NCBI RefSeq assembly: GCF_036321535.1
Contig: NC_087441.1
Span: 35,030,001-35,094,000 of the forward strand
Direction: 5' to 3'
DNA from: Camelus dromedarius
Taxonomy: Eukaryota
DNA: 64,000 bases
Numbering within the stretch: position 1 is the stretch's first letter; each line of letters starts with the position of its first letter. Made by a program: the position numbers and the translations under genes. Positions 1 to 13,065 of this stretch are shown piece after piece. The notes below the pieces were generated by a model. The model made no database searches, was not told the DNA's origin, and was given only the letters and a program-made list of their open reading frames with translations.

Positions 1-350
1 GAAAAAGGAAAGAAGATGACATCAAGAAAGTAGAATGCCAAAAAATAAATCCAGCATTCGCTAGCTGTAGATAAATTTGGTGAAGATTTCCTGGTTGAGG
101 ATTTGGTTTCTTTGCTTTGTTTTCTGAAGGGTGATTTTTGTGTGTGTTTTACTCTCACTCAAATTTTGCACGCCAACTCAGATTGCATAGTTGTATCCTG
201 TCAAGTGTTTTACTGAAGAAGTAATCTCTTCCACAAAATCAGTATCTAATTTCCTAAATAAAGAAGAAAATGATACTTACAAATCTCTGATTAAAATATG
301 CTGTTATTTCTAAGGCAGGTTCAGGAAGAAATGCTGATAAACCTTTTTTC
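1..350 (-). other. Putative internal 5'-leader (UTR) exon of the minus-strand host gene; runs off the left edge
   Basis: Minus-strand acceptor (GTTTT)n-AATTTACAG|GAAA with AG at 352-351, preceded by a pyrimidine tract at ~356-384. There is an internal GTAAGT donor at 280-275 and a second TTTATTTAG acceptor at 255-254. No long ORF, only short uORFs. Confidence 0.55.
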
Positions 351-357
351 CTGTAAA

Positions 358-384
358 TTAAAACAAAACAAAACAAAACAAAAC
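358..384. repeat. (AAAAC)n microsatellite that doubles as the polypyrimidine tract of the minus-strand acceptor at 351
   Basis: Direct reading: aaaacaaaacaaaacaaaacaaaac. Confidence 0.85.
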
Positions 385-1239
385 TGAGAATCAGAAAAGG
401 CGAAAGTCCAGTTAGATTATCAAATTTTAGTCACTGTGTCTTTCTTTTTAACTTAAAACTGGTAAACACCATGCATGGCTTGCTTGACTTTCTTGAGAAA
501 AGCAGAACCTCCAATTCCAACAAAATTTTCTCTTTAAAGTCAAAAGGCTTCATTTCAAATAACAAGTGTCAGTACACAGAATTGCCAGCTACAAAATTAA
601 ATGAATAATTACTGCATCATTGCTATTAGGGGTTAATGCCAAGTTGAGAAAGTCATCACGTAAAAACAACCGTTCATTACAGCAAAACTTTGTAGGCATA
701 GAAAGTGACTATAACAAAGTATATGGCATGACTGTACTTTTGGGAGGTTGTAGAAACACACTGCACTTCTGGAATATGACTGTGGAGAATTGTACATCTT
801 TCTTAAGCACCTTGAAGCATTGTACCAATATTCCCAGTATCTACATGGGAGCCATGTGAAAGCAGCCCAACCACCTTGCTCCTAGAAATAAAGATAAACT
901 ACTTTCGTATAATTTCTCTTCACAGATTGGGCCTTGTACTTCAGGGCTGGGCATCTGACCCCAGAAGGGTGAAAAATAATAGGGGTATAAACCATGGGTA
1001 TTTCCATTAGCCACTGACAACAGCAGTGTGCTTTGCAAACACCCTCCATCACACTCTCACTGCTCCAGTTCAGCCTGCCATTCACTCTTACTAGACTATT
1101 GCAACAATACCCTAAATGATTTTCTTCTATGCATTCTTGCTTCCTGAAAATCCGTTCTTGACACAGATGTTATGTGGAATTATTTCAAAGCAAGTCTACT
1201 CAAGAGCATTTTATGATTAACTAATTTTTCACAGCCTTT

Positions 1240-1725
1240 CCATCCCCTGCAGGATCAAGTCCAAGTCCAATCACAGGGTGCATGGTGCCCTCTAGGAGGT
1301 GGCCCCAATCTACCTCTCCCTCATTTTTACCCATGCCAGACTGCACTAGTCCTAAAGCTCTGCAGTCACACTCTACCAGTGGTCCCCTGTGCCTTGTTTA
1401 TATTGCCCTAGCAGCTGTGGTTCTTTGTCCTCAATGCCCTCTCCATCCCCTGGCTAACACATATTCATCCATTCAGGGTTCACTTGGGCAACCCTTTCTC
1501 AGAAACCTTCCTTGCCCCCTCACACTAGGTAGGTTCCTTCCTCTGTGCTCTAAAACACTCCGGTATATCTCTATTGTTGAACTCATCACCTATATTATCA
1601 ATCTCTGACTAGGCATGCCTTCTCACCTCCACCTCACACAGGTTTTTTTAAGCCTTTGGAAGGCACAGATTGTGACTCATTCATCTCGCACATGGTAGGA
1701 GGGATGCAATAAATCTGTTGAATGT
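1240..1725 (+). mobile_element. Old L2 LINE 3' fragment
   Basis: Pyrimidine-rich L2-like body ending in a typical tail (catggtagg...caataaatctgttgaatg). Boundaries approximate. Confidence 0.5.
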
Positions 1726-3599
1726 CAAGGTGTGTGAGGTGCTTTTCAGACTCAGAGCTGCCTGAATGCATACTTCATCACCGTGGAAGAATTTAAAAAT
1801 CCAAAGCAGACGTCGTTTAACCTTGTTTCTCTACCCTGCTTCCTATATGGTTTTCACTGTTCCTCTCACTGGGTATCCGAGACTGTTTCCCTTTAAATGA
1901 GTCCTATTTTTTCAGGCTGAATATAAGGAACTGAGAAGAGGAAGAGAAAAATTAATGAAAAAATGATCATATGGGAAGGAGTAACAAAATCAAAAAAATT
2001 AAGCTTCAAAACTTTTGTAATATATATATGCAGCCCTCAGAGAAAAAGATTAAGAAACATACTTTTGTAGTCTTAATTTTTCAAACATTTGCATATGGCT
2101 CTTGGCAAAGATGTAGTAGAAACTACAAGCAGGAATCCAGTTTAAAGACAGTTAGGTAAAACTAAACATTGTTATTGGTGTTTTTAAAAATACATGTTTT
2201 TAGAAAAATATTTTTATAGCTTTCCCATGATTAAATTTTTATTTTAAGAATTTCTACCTATCTCTCCCCAGTGTAATAGAACCAAAAAAGAAAGAAAGAA
2301 ATAGAAGAGTGACATAGCTCTTTTTCCTCTCTCCACTTCTTTGCAGCTTACATTACATTCAAATATACTTATGTAACGGACTTCCTCACATACATCAAAA
2401 TTCAGATTTATGTGGGATATGCTAAACCCCAATATGTTAAAGTTTAAGAGACAGAGAGTTTCTACTTATCCTTTGAATTATCAATTATCAAAAATTTTAC
2501 TAATAGAAGTAATTCCTGAAAAGGTTTCAAGAACAGTGGCATGCCCCAACAACAACAACAAAATTTGTTCTGAGCACACATCTCCTATTTAGAAACATTT
2601 ATTTTTATAAATTGTAAGTATCAATCTACTCATGACTAATATAACTTGTATGTTATGTTATCATTACAATGTATGTTAAATACATTAACAGAAATTTAAA
2701 ATAAAACACTGTAAATATAACCAGGTGTTCTACTATGTTCTTCCTGAACTTCCAGACTGGATGCAGAATTTGCAAGATGTTGCTACTACACAAGATCTAA
2801 TTATCTCTCTTGGAGATATCTCTCCACTTTCTCTCTTGGAACTACAGTTAAATCTAGAGAAAACTTGGAGATATATAAGACAGCTAAGAAGATCCTTAAG
2901 GGGAAAAGGCCAATGGTCTCAGCAAAGGTTATTACATGCCTTGCAAGGGAATACATCACAATGTGGCTGGATCAGCAGAAGTCCCTCATACAAGAATCAC
3001 ATGCACACTTAAGGCTGTGAATTAGCAAAGGTCTTGAAAATCATCTAGTCCAGTGATTTTCAAACTACTTTTAAATATTTTTTTTCCAAATGAACTCTTT
3101 AGCAGGTGGCCAATCTTTAAGACAGATAACAACAGCAGGACTGCTCTGGCTAAGGCAGCTTCGGTCTCCACCCACTCTACCCACTTCCTGCACTCCTCTC
3201 CTCCAGGAGTGTAGTTTGAAAATTACTTGAACACACTGCCATTTTAGAGATAAGGCTACCAGGCTGAAGTTAGAATAAAGAACGGCTATTTCCAAACAAT
3301 GTAATAAATAAAGCAGCTGAAATTATTAAGCCCGGATACTTTTTCATCTTCCCTTTTGATGTCTCTGCCTAGTTTTCATGGACTGGCTTCTCAGCACATC
3401 CCAATCTGATCTCATTTGCAAATAAAAAATTTAAAGTGTGATCTCGTAAGATTTAAGGTAAGTTTTGCTCCAGGGTTTAGTAAAACAATGAATACTTATT
3501 TTCTGTTCGAAATGTATATTTTCTAATGTGAAAATGCTAATGACTCAAGCAGTCAGCCATGTCAATACGCAAAAATTTGCATAAAGGAGAAAGATCCAG

Positions 3600-3750
3600 T
3601 ACACCTCATATACAAGATTTCGGGGGTCCCCCAAAACCTCAGAAGTCAATTAATATTTTAATGCAATATTAAAAACATCAAAATTAGTGTGAGAAATCCA
3701 TGATGATCAAATATCAAATTTTTAAATGAAAATTTGACCCTCTACTTGTA
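3600..3750. mobile_element. Probable hAT-type DNA transposon (MER) fragment
   Basis: AT-rich aatgcaatattaaaaacatcaaaattagtg...aaatccatgatgatcaaatatcaaatttt resembles MER hAT consensus segments from memory; subfamily not assigned. Confidence 0.3.
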
Positions 3751-4639
3751 TAACCTGGCCTGGCCTCTGTAATACCTAGGAAATGTGGTTTGGAAGATGA
3801 AGCCCAGTCAAGGTATGTTCTGCAACACAGACCCTCACACCTCAGGGTGTGGAACTGAAGATGAAGTTAAGCTGTTTGGGAAGAAATCAGCAACCAGGAA
3901 GCTACAACACACGAGGTAATACTTAGTCCACGTTTGCGCTGAGCTATTTTACAATTTCAGTGAGCTACTAAATCTAGTTATAGCTGCTTCAAGAAGCATT
4001 ACTTTCTATTTTTGTCTTGTTTTTAAAGGCAAATCCTAGGTCTAAAATGTATAAAGGCCTGAAAATTCAAAATGTCAGGTGAACTTCATCCGATTCCTAA
4101 AAGCAAATTGAGCACTTCAACTGCCAAGACCCAGTTTTAAAAGGCAGTTCTTAAGATGCATTTAACCTCTCAAGCATTACAAAGATGAAAACAACCATCA
4201 AAAGATGAATCACTGTGACGTTAGAGAGCACGGACTTTCGTGAGGATGTTTTCTATCCACAGAACTCAAATGAACTAGCTTGGGAAAATAAATGACTCTG
4301 TGCCTGACACAGAGTAGGCACTCAGCACAGATTTACTGGATAAACAAATGAATTAATGAATGAAAGAAAGTTGAAAAAAGACCAGAAACAGGTAGAACAG
4401 GACCAGAGTATAAAGAGTTTTGAAACAAAGACTTGATGCTATGGGCTATGAAGCTGAGGTTTAACAAGAAAGAAAAAACATGGCTCTTTAAAAGAAAGGA
4501 TGGATGAGTTGATAGTGAGCAAACAGTAAATCCAGCAGTAAGTCTCTAGAAGTAGTCTTGGCATTGGTGATAAAGGCCCACCAAAGGGGGAGACAGTACA
4601 ATTGGAATAAGGAAGGTGTGACAGAGACTGCTGGTTGGC

Positions 4640-5085
4640 TCCCGATAGTTCTTCTCATCTTTATCTCTAAGAAATAGAAAGTTTGGCTGGGTACACAGCT
4701 AAGGGCCACATTACCAAGCCTCCCATGCTGCTAGATACAGCCATGCAACTGGAGTTTGTCATTGAATATGCGATGTATCCATTTCTAGGTTATATCTTAA
4801 AAGAGAGGGGAGTGTGTCCCCTCCCTCCTCTTTTCCCCTTTCTGAAAGCTGGACTGTATCTGTGGTGGTGAGCCATCATTTACCACGTGCCAAGGACGAT
4901 ACCTTGGGGATGATAAAGCAATAAGATAGAAAGAGCCTGCATCCCTAATATGGTCAAGCCATTATACCACCTCTGAACCATCTACCTGGGCTGTACACAA
5001 GACAGAACTAAATTTACATTGTGTTTAATCTACTGTTATTTGGGGACTTTATTATTAACAGACAAACCCATATCTTAATTAATAC
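4640..5085 (+). mobile_element. MaLR (MLT1H/J-like) solo LTR
   Basis: MLT1-type motifs (aagatagaaagagcctgcatccct; ctgttatttggggac) and the terminal cttaattaataca. Confidence 0.55.
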
Positions 5086-8000
5086 AGATGAATACAAGAA
5101 ACATTTCAAAATGGAAAAATCCATGGTATGTGGTGACAGGCTGAAGTGAACGAAGGAGAGCAATGAGCTGAAACACTTCCAAGGTTTTATGTTTAGGGAA
5201 TTGGGTGACAAAACTCTTAATAAAATAACAGACAAGAGGGAGAGCTAGTAAGTTTTGATTCCTGCAATATTGCCCAGGGGACAGCACAGGAAGTAACTGG
5301 AACTATGGGCCTGGAACTCAGATAAGAGGAGAAAATTAAACATGGAAATTTCAGCAATTCTGTACAGTATATAGAGTTGAAAAGATGAGAATTGATAGAA
5401 TCTTAGACTATGAGAGGTCAGAGTGTGTCAATGAATAATAGCGTGTTCTCACAGGAGGCAGGAGGAAGAAGCAATAATCAGCAAAGGAAAAAAAGAACAT
5501 TATCTAAATAAGAGAAAGGGTAATGATTGAAAATACAGAATAACAGAATTAACCCTAATCCAAGATGGCAAACATATTTAAAAGGAATCTGATATGGTCT
5601 AAATTTCTTAAATCTGTTTAAAGGTATCATGAAAAATTAAAGCCATCATTTCTTGAAATAGAAAAGCACTGCTCAGAACAAGACCTGAACAAGCCAGGTC
5701 TCAATCACGCTTTAGTATCGGTTGAAACTTCCAGACTTCCAACAGCGCAAAGAACAAATAACCAGGACTTATACCATTCTCTCCTTTTTTTATTCTCCCA
5801 ACAGAGGAATCAACAAAGTGAGAGCATGAAGGGAAATGGAAGCTGAAGTATTTTGCTACTGTCCTTGTCCTTTCTAGGACACTGATGCTGATAAGTGGAA
5901 ATCACAAAATGAAACAAAAGCTTCCTCCTCAACATCTATTAGTTTACATTCAAAGATACAGTGGATCTAAATTTCACATTTGAATCTGAGAGTTAATCTA
6001 AGGTTGGCAACATGGATGTCAACTGCTACTTACAAGAAGCAAGAGTTTGGGAACGCAGTCTGTGTCACTTATCAGACGCATTCTAATTACTGGAAGGTCA
6101 CCAGTATTCCAGAATATTCAGGCAGTGTGGCTGTGCCATAACAGTCCTGCTTCCCAACCTGGCCTCGACCATTCAACCAGAAGGGTGTTTTTCAGAGAGG
6201 AATCAGACCAAAGATTTGTTTTCCATTCCACTGTCCACTTCAGATTAATGAAGCTCACCATATTAGCTTTTTCTTATGATTCTTTTCTCTCTACTTTAGC
6301 CAGTAGTATGTACATTTTAACCACCCCAGAGACAGCAGGGAAAATTCCAGGATTCTTTCCCACTACATTTTCACGGAAACCGAGCATCCTAAATCTCTTT
6401 GTATGAGACACCGATATTTCCCTTCTCTCCTTTAAAGAGATGCCTGTTAGTAATCTTTTCCTCTTCACATAGTGATTGCATTAGCCATGGTCTTTAAAAT
6501 GTTTGGGGAATAGTTTTTGTCTTCGTTGTTTCTAGTGTTATACTTGAATTTCATAATCAATCTTCTTTTTAAGTTGTTAATACTGGCCTGAATTTTGGGA
6601 CACCCCCTCTCTTTTTTTTACATAATGACCAGACATTACTATTCATTCCTCCAAGTAAATCAGGATGGAAGGTCTTACCCCCAAATGATCTCTCCTTTAT
6701 AAATGGTTGCAAAATACCTAAACAAAGGTTGCTGTACACCATCAAATTAGCCTGGGGCGAAAATAACTGTTTTTCTTATTTTGAGTTGGTATAGAAGAGT
6801 GTGTCTGTGTTGGGGGAGGGGGAAGTGGGAGAGAGGATTGTGTTTCATGGTGCTTAGCATTCAATGTGGACAGTTGTCTAGCTTCACTCGCATCTGTTCT
6901 GTCCAGTCTCCTCAGGTGTGGCTTGTGTGGTTCTAAAATTCCTGGCATTTAACATATTCTGAAAGCCACTCTGATCATTCAGGAAAGCCCCTTTCACCAC
7001 CGTCTTACCATGTGGCACAGAAGAACCACACCATCAAAACACCAGACACATTTATTAATTAACTACTCACTGCTTTGTAATGTTTCTTTACAAAGCTTCA
7101 ATAAAGAAAGTGCCTTTAAGATTTTTCCAACAGTATTATTAAGTTTCTTAGCCTATATTACTTTCTTGCCTATGTCATAATCTTCAAAGACCAGGAAATC
7201 AGCTCATTAGCCTCACGAATGTCCCATATGACGTACAACATTTTAACACGTAGACTTGCGTCTCAAGAGAAAACTGTTAGGTATCACAATTAACAAAGTG
7301 GTTTTGATGTTAATAATAAAACAGTTAAAATTTTAAGTATTAAGCTCAACGTTGCGATAGTCATACTAGCAGGCTTTGAACTGGCATTCAAACATTTATG
7401 CTCACGAAAGAAAGCCAATGAAAACTCCGTTAAATATGGAAATGAATACACTAACTCATTGGGAAGGAAGGGAGCAAACAATTGCTGAGTGCTCATGATT
7501 TTCCAGCTATGTCTTAAACACTGTCTCACTAAATCTTTACAGAAGCCCTCAGAAGTAAATATGAATACCTCGGGTACCTAAGCGGTCCCAAGGTTATAAT
7601 AGAGCCAGTGCCAAGCAGTGTCAAGATGAACCCACAAAGTCATACTGACTCAAAAATAGTAGTGGTGCTTGCCTAAGTCAACCCATGGGAGCAGCAGGGA
7701 GTAAATACATGGGCAAGCAGAGCTGATGAACTCTACTCCAGAGGTCACTTTGGATATGCCATCTGTTTTTTTTCCAAAGCAGTTCTTATGAGACACACTA
7801 TTAGCATTATATTTTAACACCAGATGCTCTATCCCCACCTTGATAAGATCAGTAACCTGTTCAAAGAAACCCAATCTGTTATTTAAAAAGCACAGTAATG
7901 TCCTTGAAGGCAGTATAGGACTAGCATTAAATGTGTTGTCATCTTATAAATCTACCAGAAACTGATCTGACAGACTCCCAGAGTTAACAGAGGTGGGATG

Positions 8001-8329
8001 TGGGGAGGAGTACTGAAAAAACATAACAGATCCCCAATTTTTAAAAAAAATGTTTTTGAAATAGATTTGGTGTCCTTTCAGGTAAGGCAAGATGCTCTTA
8101 TGCAATGGACATAATGATGTCTTACAAAATAGCAAACTCTTTGGACTTTAGTTTCCACATCTGTACAGATAACCTTGGGAGTTTTAGGGGATTTTGCAAT
8201 GTTAACCTTCTTGAGTCTGGTTGAGAGGTAATGTCAGTGGTCAGATCACCAGGCAAAGAAAGTCAGATGGCCATAAAGATTTGCACAGAGAAGGCTAAAG
8301 GTGGAAGAGATTCTAACTCTTAATGACAG

Positions 8330-8520
8330 GATAATGCTAGGCATACGAGCTTTGGAGCCAGACTGGCTCTTGAACATAACAGCTATCACTTGGGCAACTT
8401 CAGCCCAACTTTCTTATTCATGATGTGGAAATAAAACTGCGTCACAGAGTGCTACCAACACTAAATGAGACAATGTCTGAAAAGTACTTGGTATAAATGT
8501 CTAATGCTTAATAAAATGAG
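8330..8520 (+). mobile_element. MIR SINE
   Basis: Core motifs gctttggagccagactgg...cttgggcaac...taaatgagacaatg. Confidence 0.55.
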
Positions 8521-10271
8521 AGTCATTATTATTTGGATGTTCTTTGTACCAAAGGAGAAACTCCACTTTAGAAGGTCAATGAGTAGCACAAGATCACAGG
8601 ACATTTCTTTACTGGGGGCAACGGAGCATAAACCCAGCCTCATCTAAAACCAAACTGCTCCTATTTAACCAATTACCAACACAAGACCAGAAAATGTCTG
8701 TGAAAACCTCAAACGCACTTTAATTTTTTTTTTCATTAATACAACTGGTCTATGTCCAACTTCTTTTCCTCTTCCTAACCTCCATTTCATTTCAAAACTA
8801 ATTCTGAATGAATTTCTGTGTGATTTTGATCCTGCTATTTCTTAAGCTGAAAGTTTCCCCCTTTAATCTTCTTTGTTCTAATATTCCTGATCATTGCTAT
8901 TTCTTTCTCCTATAGTCTGGGAAAAACACACGTAGGAAAAAAAATGTATTAGGGAAATCTTATTCAGAGGCATATATCTTTCCTAACTGTTTTACATGCT
9001 GTAGATTTAGATGCTTCTACCTAGATAAAATACAGGTGGTTAGTTTCAGATTTTAAAATAACATTAAGGAAAAAAATCTGAAATAGCATGTTGAAACAAA
9101 TTCACTCTTAAAGGGTATTTTGAAGAGTGACTCTGGGGCACTAGCTGTAAGAACAATCTCTGAAAAGTAAACTGACCAAGTTAAGATGTCATACTTTGTT
9201 CATTAATAAAGAGGCTGGGCTGAAATGCCCATTTCTGGTTTTTCTACTTATTTTTATTAAGAGGTGCAACCTACCCTGTTTCTCTTTGTCACTGTTGTTG
9301 TGGTCACTATTTTGAGATTTTTTTTGAAATCAGGTATGTGGGTCAACTAAAAAAAACTTCACTTTTCTAATTCATGATCTGTCTAGAACCAGAGACATTT
9401 ATAGCAGGCCTGCATTAGGCTATGCGGACTGCACTTCAGGACTGGAGACCAAAACTTGCAGCTAAATTTGAAAACTGTTGATGTCATTAAAGTACCAAAT
9501 TAGTATAAAGAAAAGTCTCAATACGCTTTTTTACAATGACATATTTTTTTCCCTTAGAGTGTTGTTTACTAGACACATTAAATTCTTTATATTAAATATA
9601 TCTGTTTTTTATAAGATAAATTAACTCACTTAGATATGTTTCACTTTAAGAGCCTAAATTCAAGGCAAGAAGATTACAGACAGGACAAAAGAGACAGAAT
9701 TCAACAAAAATATATTTCATGTCAAAATTATCTCCTTCCTCTCCTCCCTTGAATTTGAGAATGCCCCATGTCTCAGACTGAGGACAGTGACAGTTACTAC
9801 TGGCTGGATTTACACTTCCTCTACCAGCACCTTGTTCATGTCGGGATTTATCAGGCTCAGAGGAGAGTGGCAGCTGCAGTGGTGACTCATTAAAACCAAT
9901 TCTCAGTGAAGCAGCTGCTGCTAAAAGCTGTGCTTTGCTTCACACATCAATCATTTGCTGATTGTCACCGCTAGTTCCATCACATCATCTGCTCAGTCTA
10001 CTGATTTTGTGGTTGTGGCTATTTGCACTGCACTGCAGTATTACTGTTGTCATCTCCTGCTGCACTAGTTGAAATAACATCATCCTGTGGATCTTCAAAT
10101 GATGCAAAACTCCACATAATCATGAAAATGCAATTCTTTTGTGAAAGGAGCTGGTGAAAAGAGCAATCGTTCTAAATGCTAAGACACTAACTTATTTTCA
10201 GTACCACAATTCCACCCACCTCTGCATTTCTCTGAGTCATACTCCACCAGTATCACAAGTACTAGATTTTG

Positions 10272-10503
10272 TGTATGGGTTGAATTGTGCCCCCTCAAAG
10301 ATATGTTAAAGTCCAAACCCCAGTACCTATGACTGTGATCTTATTTGGAAACAGTCCCTGTAGATGTAACCAAGTTAAGATGAGGTCATCCTGGAGCAGG
10401 GTGAGCCCTTAATCCAGTGTGACTGGTATCCTTCTAAAAACAGGAGAAAAAATGTGAAGACATAGGGACACAGGTAAGAATGTCATGTGACGATAGAGGC
10501 AGA
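10272..10503 (+). mobile_element. MLT1B/C LTR, 5' half (split by a 3.1-kb insertion)
   Basis: Starts tgtatgggttgaattgtgccccctcaaagatatgtt...cttatttggaaacag...gttaagatgaggtcat, matching the MLT1B/C 5' consensus. Breaks at tagaggcaga (10494-10503). Confidence 0.8.
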
Positions 10504-11030
10504 CCGCCACAGAGCTCCAAGCAGAGGTAAGCAGGCTTACTCTGGAGCCTTAATAAACTAATCACTTCTAGACCTTACACTGGACTGGCCTATAGAAAAG
10601 ACTGCTGACCACCTTAAAACAATGCTCAAACAAAGGAGAAGCTACCAGAAAAGGATGAGAAGAAGATAACATCTGAGGTAGACAGCTGACCCAAGACATC
10701 AGACCAGGCCTATTCCAGGAGACAAAACAATTTGATAGCAATGACAGATGCAAAGAGCATCTGAATGAGAGTCAGGCTCCTTCCTCACTCAGAGCTCAGC
10801 CTTGAAACAAAAAGCAATTAGAAGAAACTTCAGTGGGAACAAAGGAAGAGGTGTTTTGGATCCAAAATGCTTGAGGCATGGACTCACAGAGTTTCTGCAA
10901 TAACGAATTTATGTATTCCTCTACAACAACCATTTCACCAATGGGAGGAGACTCCCGTGGAGGAAACATGGACTTCATTTCAAAAGACAGCAACACATTT
11001 TTGAAGTGTCTGCGAGAAAAAAATGACTCT

Positions 11031-11843
11031 TACCTCACACTAGTCAGAATGGCCATTGTTCAAAAATCCACAAACGATTAAGTGCTGGAGAGGGTGTGGA
11101 GAAAAGGCAACCCTCTACAATGCTGGTGGGAATGCAGTTTGGTGCAGCCATTATGGAAAATAGTATGGAGATTCCTCAAAAAACTAAAAATAGACATCAT
11201 ATGATCCAGCAATCCCACTTCTGGGTATATATCCAGAGGGAACTCTAATGTGAAAAGATATATGCACCTCAANNNNNNNNNNNNNNNNNNNNNNNNNNNN
11301 NNNNNNNNNNNNNNNNNNNNNNNNNNNNNNNNNNNNNNNNNNNNNNNNNNNNNNNNNNNNNNNNNNNNNNNNNNNNNNNNNNNNNNNNNNNNNNNNNNNN
11401 NNNNNNNNNNNNNNNNNNNNNNNNNNNNNNNNNNNNNNNNNNNNNNNNNNNNNATGAAGTAAGCTAGAAGAGAAAGAAAAATACCGTATGATATTACTTA
11501 TATGTGGAATCTTAAAAAAAAAAAGGACACTATGAACTCATCTACAAAACAGAAACAGACTCACAGACTTAGTAAACAATCTTATGGTTACCAGGGAGAG
11601 GGGTTGGGAAGGGATAAATTTGGGAGTTTGAGATTTACAAATGTTAGCCACTATATATATAGATTTTAAAAAAAAGTTTCTTTTGTATAGCACAGGGAAT
11701 TATGTTCAATATCTTGTAATAGCCTTTAATGGAAAAAATATGGAAACAAATATATGCATGTATATGCATGACTGGGACATTGTGTTGTACACCAGAAACT
11801 GACACATTGTAATTGACTATATACTTCAATTAAAAAAAAAAAA
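11031..11843 (+). mobile_element. Young 5'-truncated L1 (ORF2 end, 3' UTR, poly(A)) nested in the ERV1 retrocopy; contains N gap 11273-11453
   Basis: ORF2 C-terminal motif (tacctcacactagtcagaatggcc = YLTLVRMA), 3' UTR gactcacagacttagtaaacaatcttatggttacc, poly(A) at 11832-11843. TSD aaa(t)gactct at 11021-11030 and 11841-11849. Confidence 0.85.
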
Positions 11844-13065
11844 GACTCTCAAGCTCATGGCTGAGTTTGCAGGAGGAAGTTTTAGAGCCCTCACCACCAC
11901 CAGCATTCCTCAGTATAAACCACACCCAACTGGCCTTGTTTATGCAAAGTGGCTGGATCTCGGTAAGATACCGGGAAACTTTTTTTTTTTTTTAAAGATT
12001 TACAGTAATTTAGTAAATTATCCTGTTGTAAGCAGGAGAAAAACATTTGTTTTTCTCCCTACCTGATTCCTCCAGAATTCAGAAACTCAAACTAAAACTG
12101 CCCTTTTCCTGAAGCCCTGCAAACAGGAGCTAGATGACTTGATGTGAACTTCAAATAAATTCCCTTGACAGCTCACACTGAAACAATCCTCCTGCCTGTT
12201 GCTGTATGAGCCACGCAGAAGTTTACCTGCACACCCAATGACATCGTCAGAGACATTTCAAACTGGGAGGGATCCTTAGACCCTACATCTAGGAATCTTC
12301 TTGAATAACTGCTCCTTGGCTGAGAAAATGGTTTATAATCTGCTCTAATTATTAACCTTTGTTTCCTTTTGTTTCCATAGAAATACCTCTCATTAAATTC
12401 CTGATTGATTGCAAAAAAAAGTGCTGGTATGACAACCAATTCATGATTGCTTGCTTCTTGGTTTTTGCCAGAGATTGTTTTTAAGGGTTAAAATTATAAT
12501 ATATATAATTAAAGCTACTAAAATAATAAGGAAAATATTTCAGTATGCTAAAAAAGTAAGATGTGTGTTTTCAGTTAAAAAAAAGGTTTGTGGAAAAGAA
12601 ACTCTGAGAAGAGTTTCATGCATAATCAGGATTTTAAGTATTTAACAAATTTTAAAAGTTCTTTGTAGCTCCAGTTAACTTTGAGATGGTTTAAAGAAAA
12701 CCTGAGGCATCTTAGATATCAAATTAACTAGGATTATTTGGTATGTTAAGTATCAATTACAGGTGTTTAACCATGTCTTTAAGGTGCTTCATCTTTAAGA
12801 TTCATTGGAAGTCTATGGAAATAGTGGGTTACAACAGTCCCGTATCAGATGATGGATATGCGAGGATTCCAGCTCATTCCGCCCTCAGATGCAAAAACAA
12901 AAGGCTGTCCTGCCCCTGGGGCCCCTAGATTAGGCATTCAGAGATTTTTACTCCCTGATAGGCAGGGTTAAGGCCCCTACTCAGCCCAGAAGTAGTTTCG
13001 GAAGAAGGACTGTCGCCCCTCTGCACCCTCATAAGATTACAGGAGTAAAATCTCTGAGTGGGGAA

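Noticed and set aside
6034-6406. Coding exon (119-aa plus ORF, or a minus exon ending at the GTAAGT donor at 6033)
   Set aside because: No recognisable protein and no convincing acceptor. It may be a non-coding alternative exon, but the sequence alone cannot support it.
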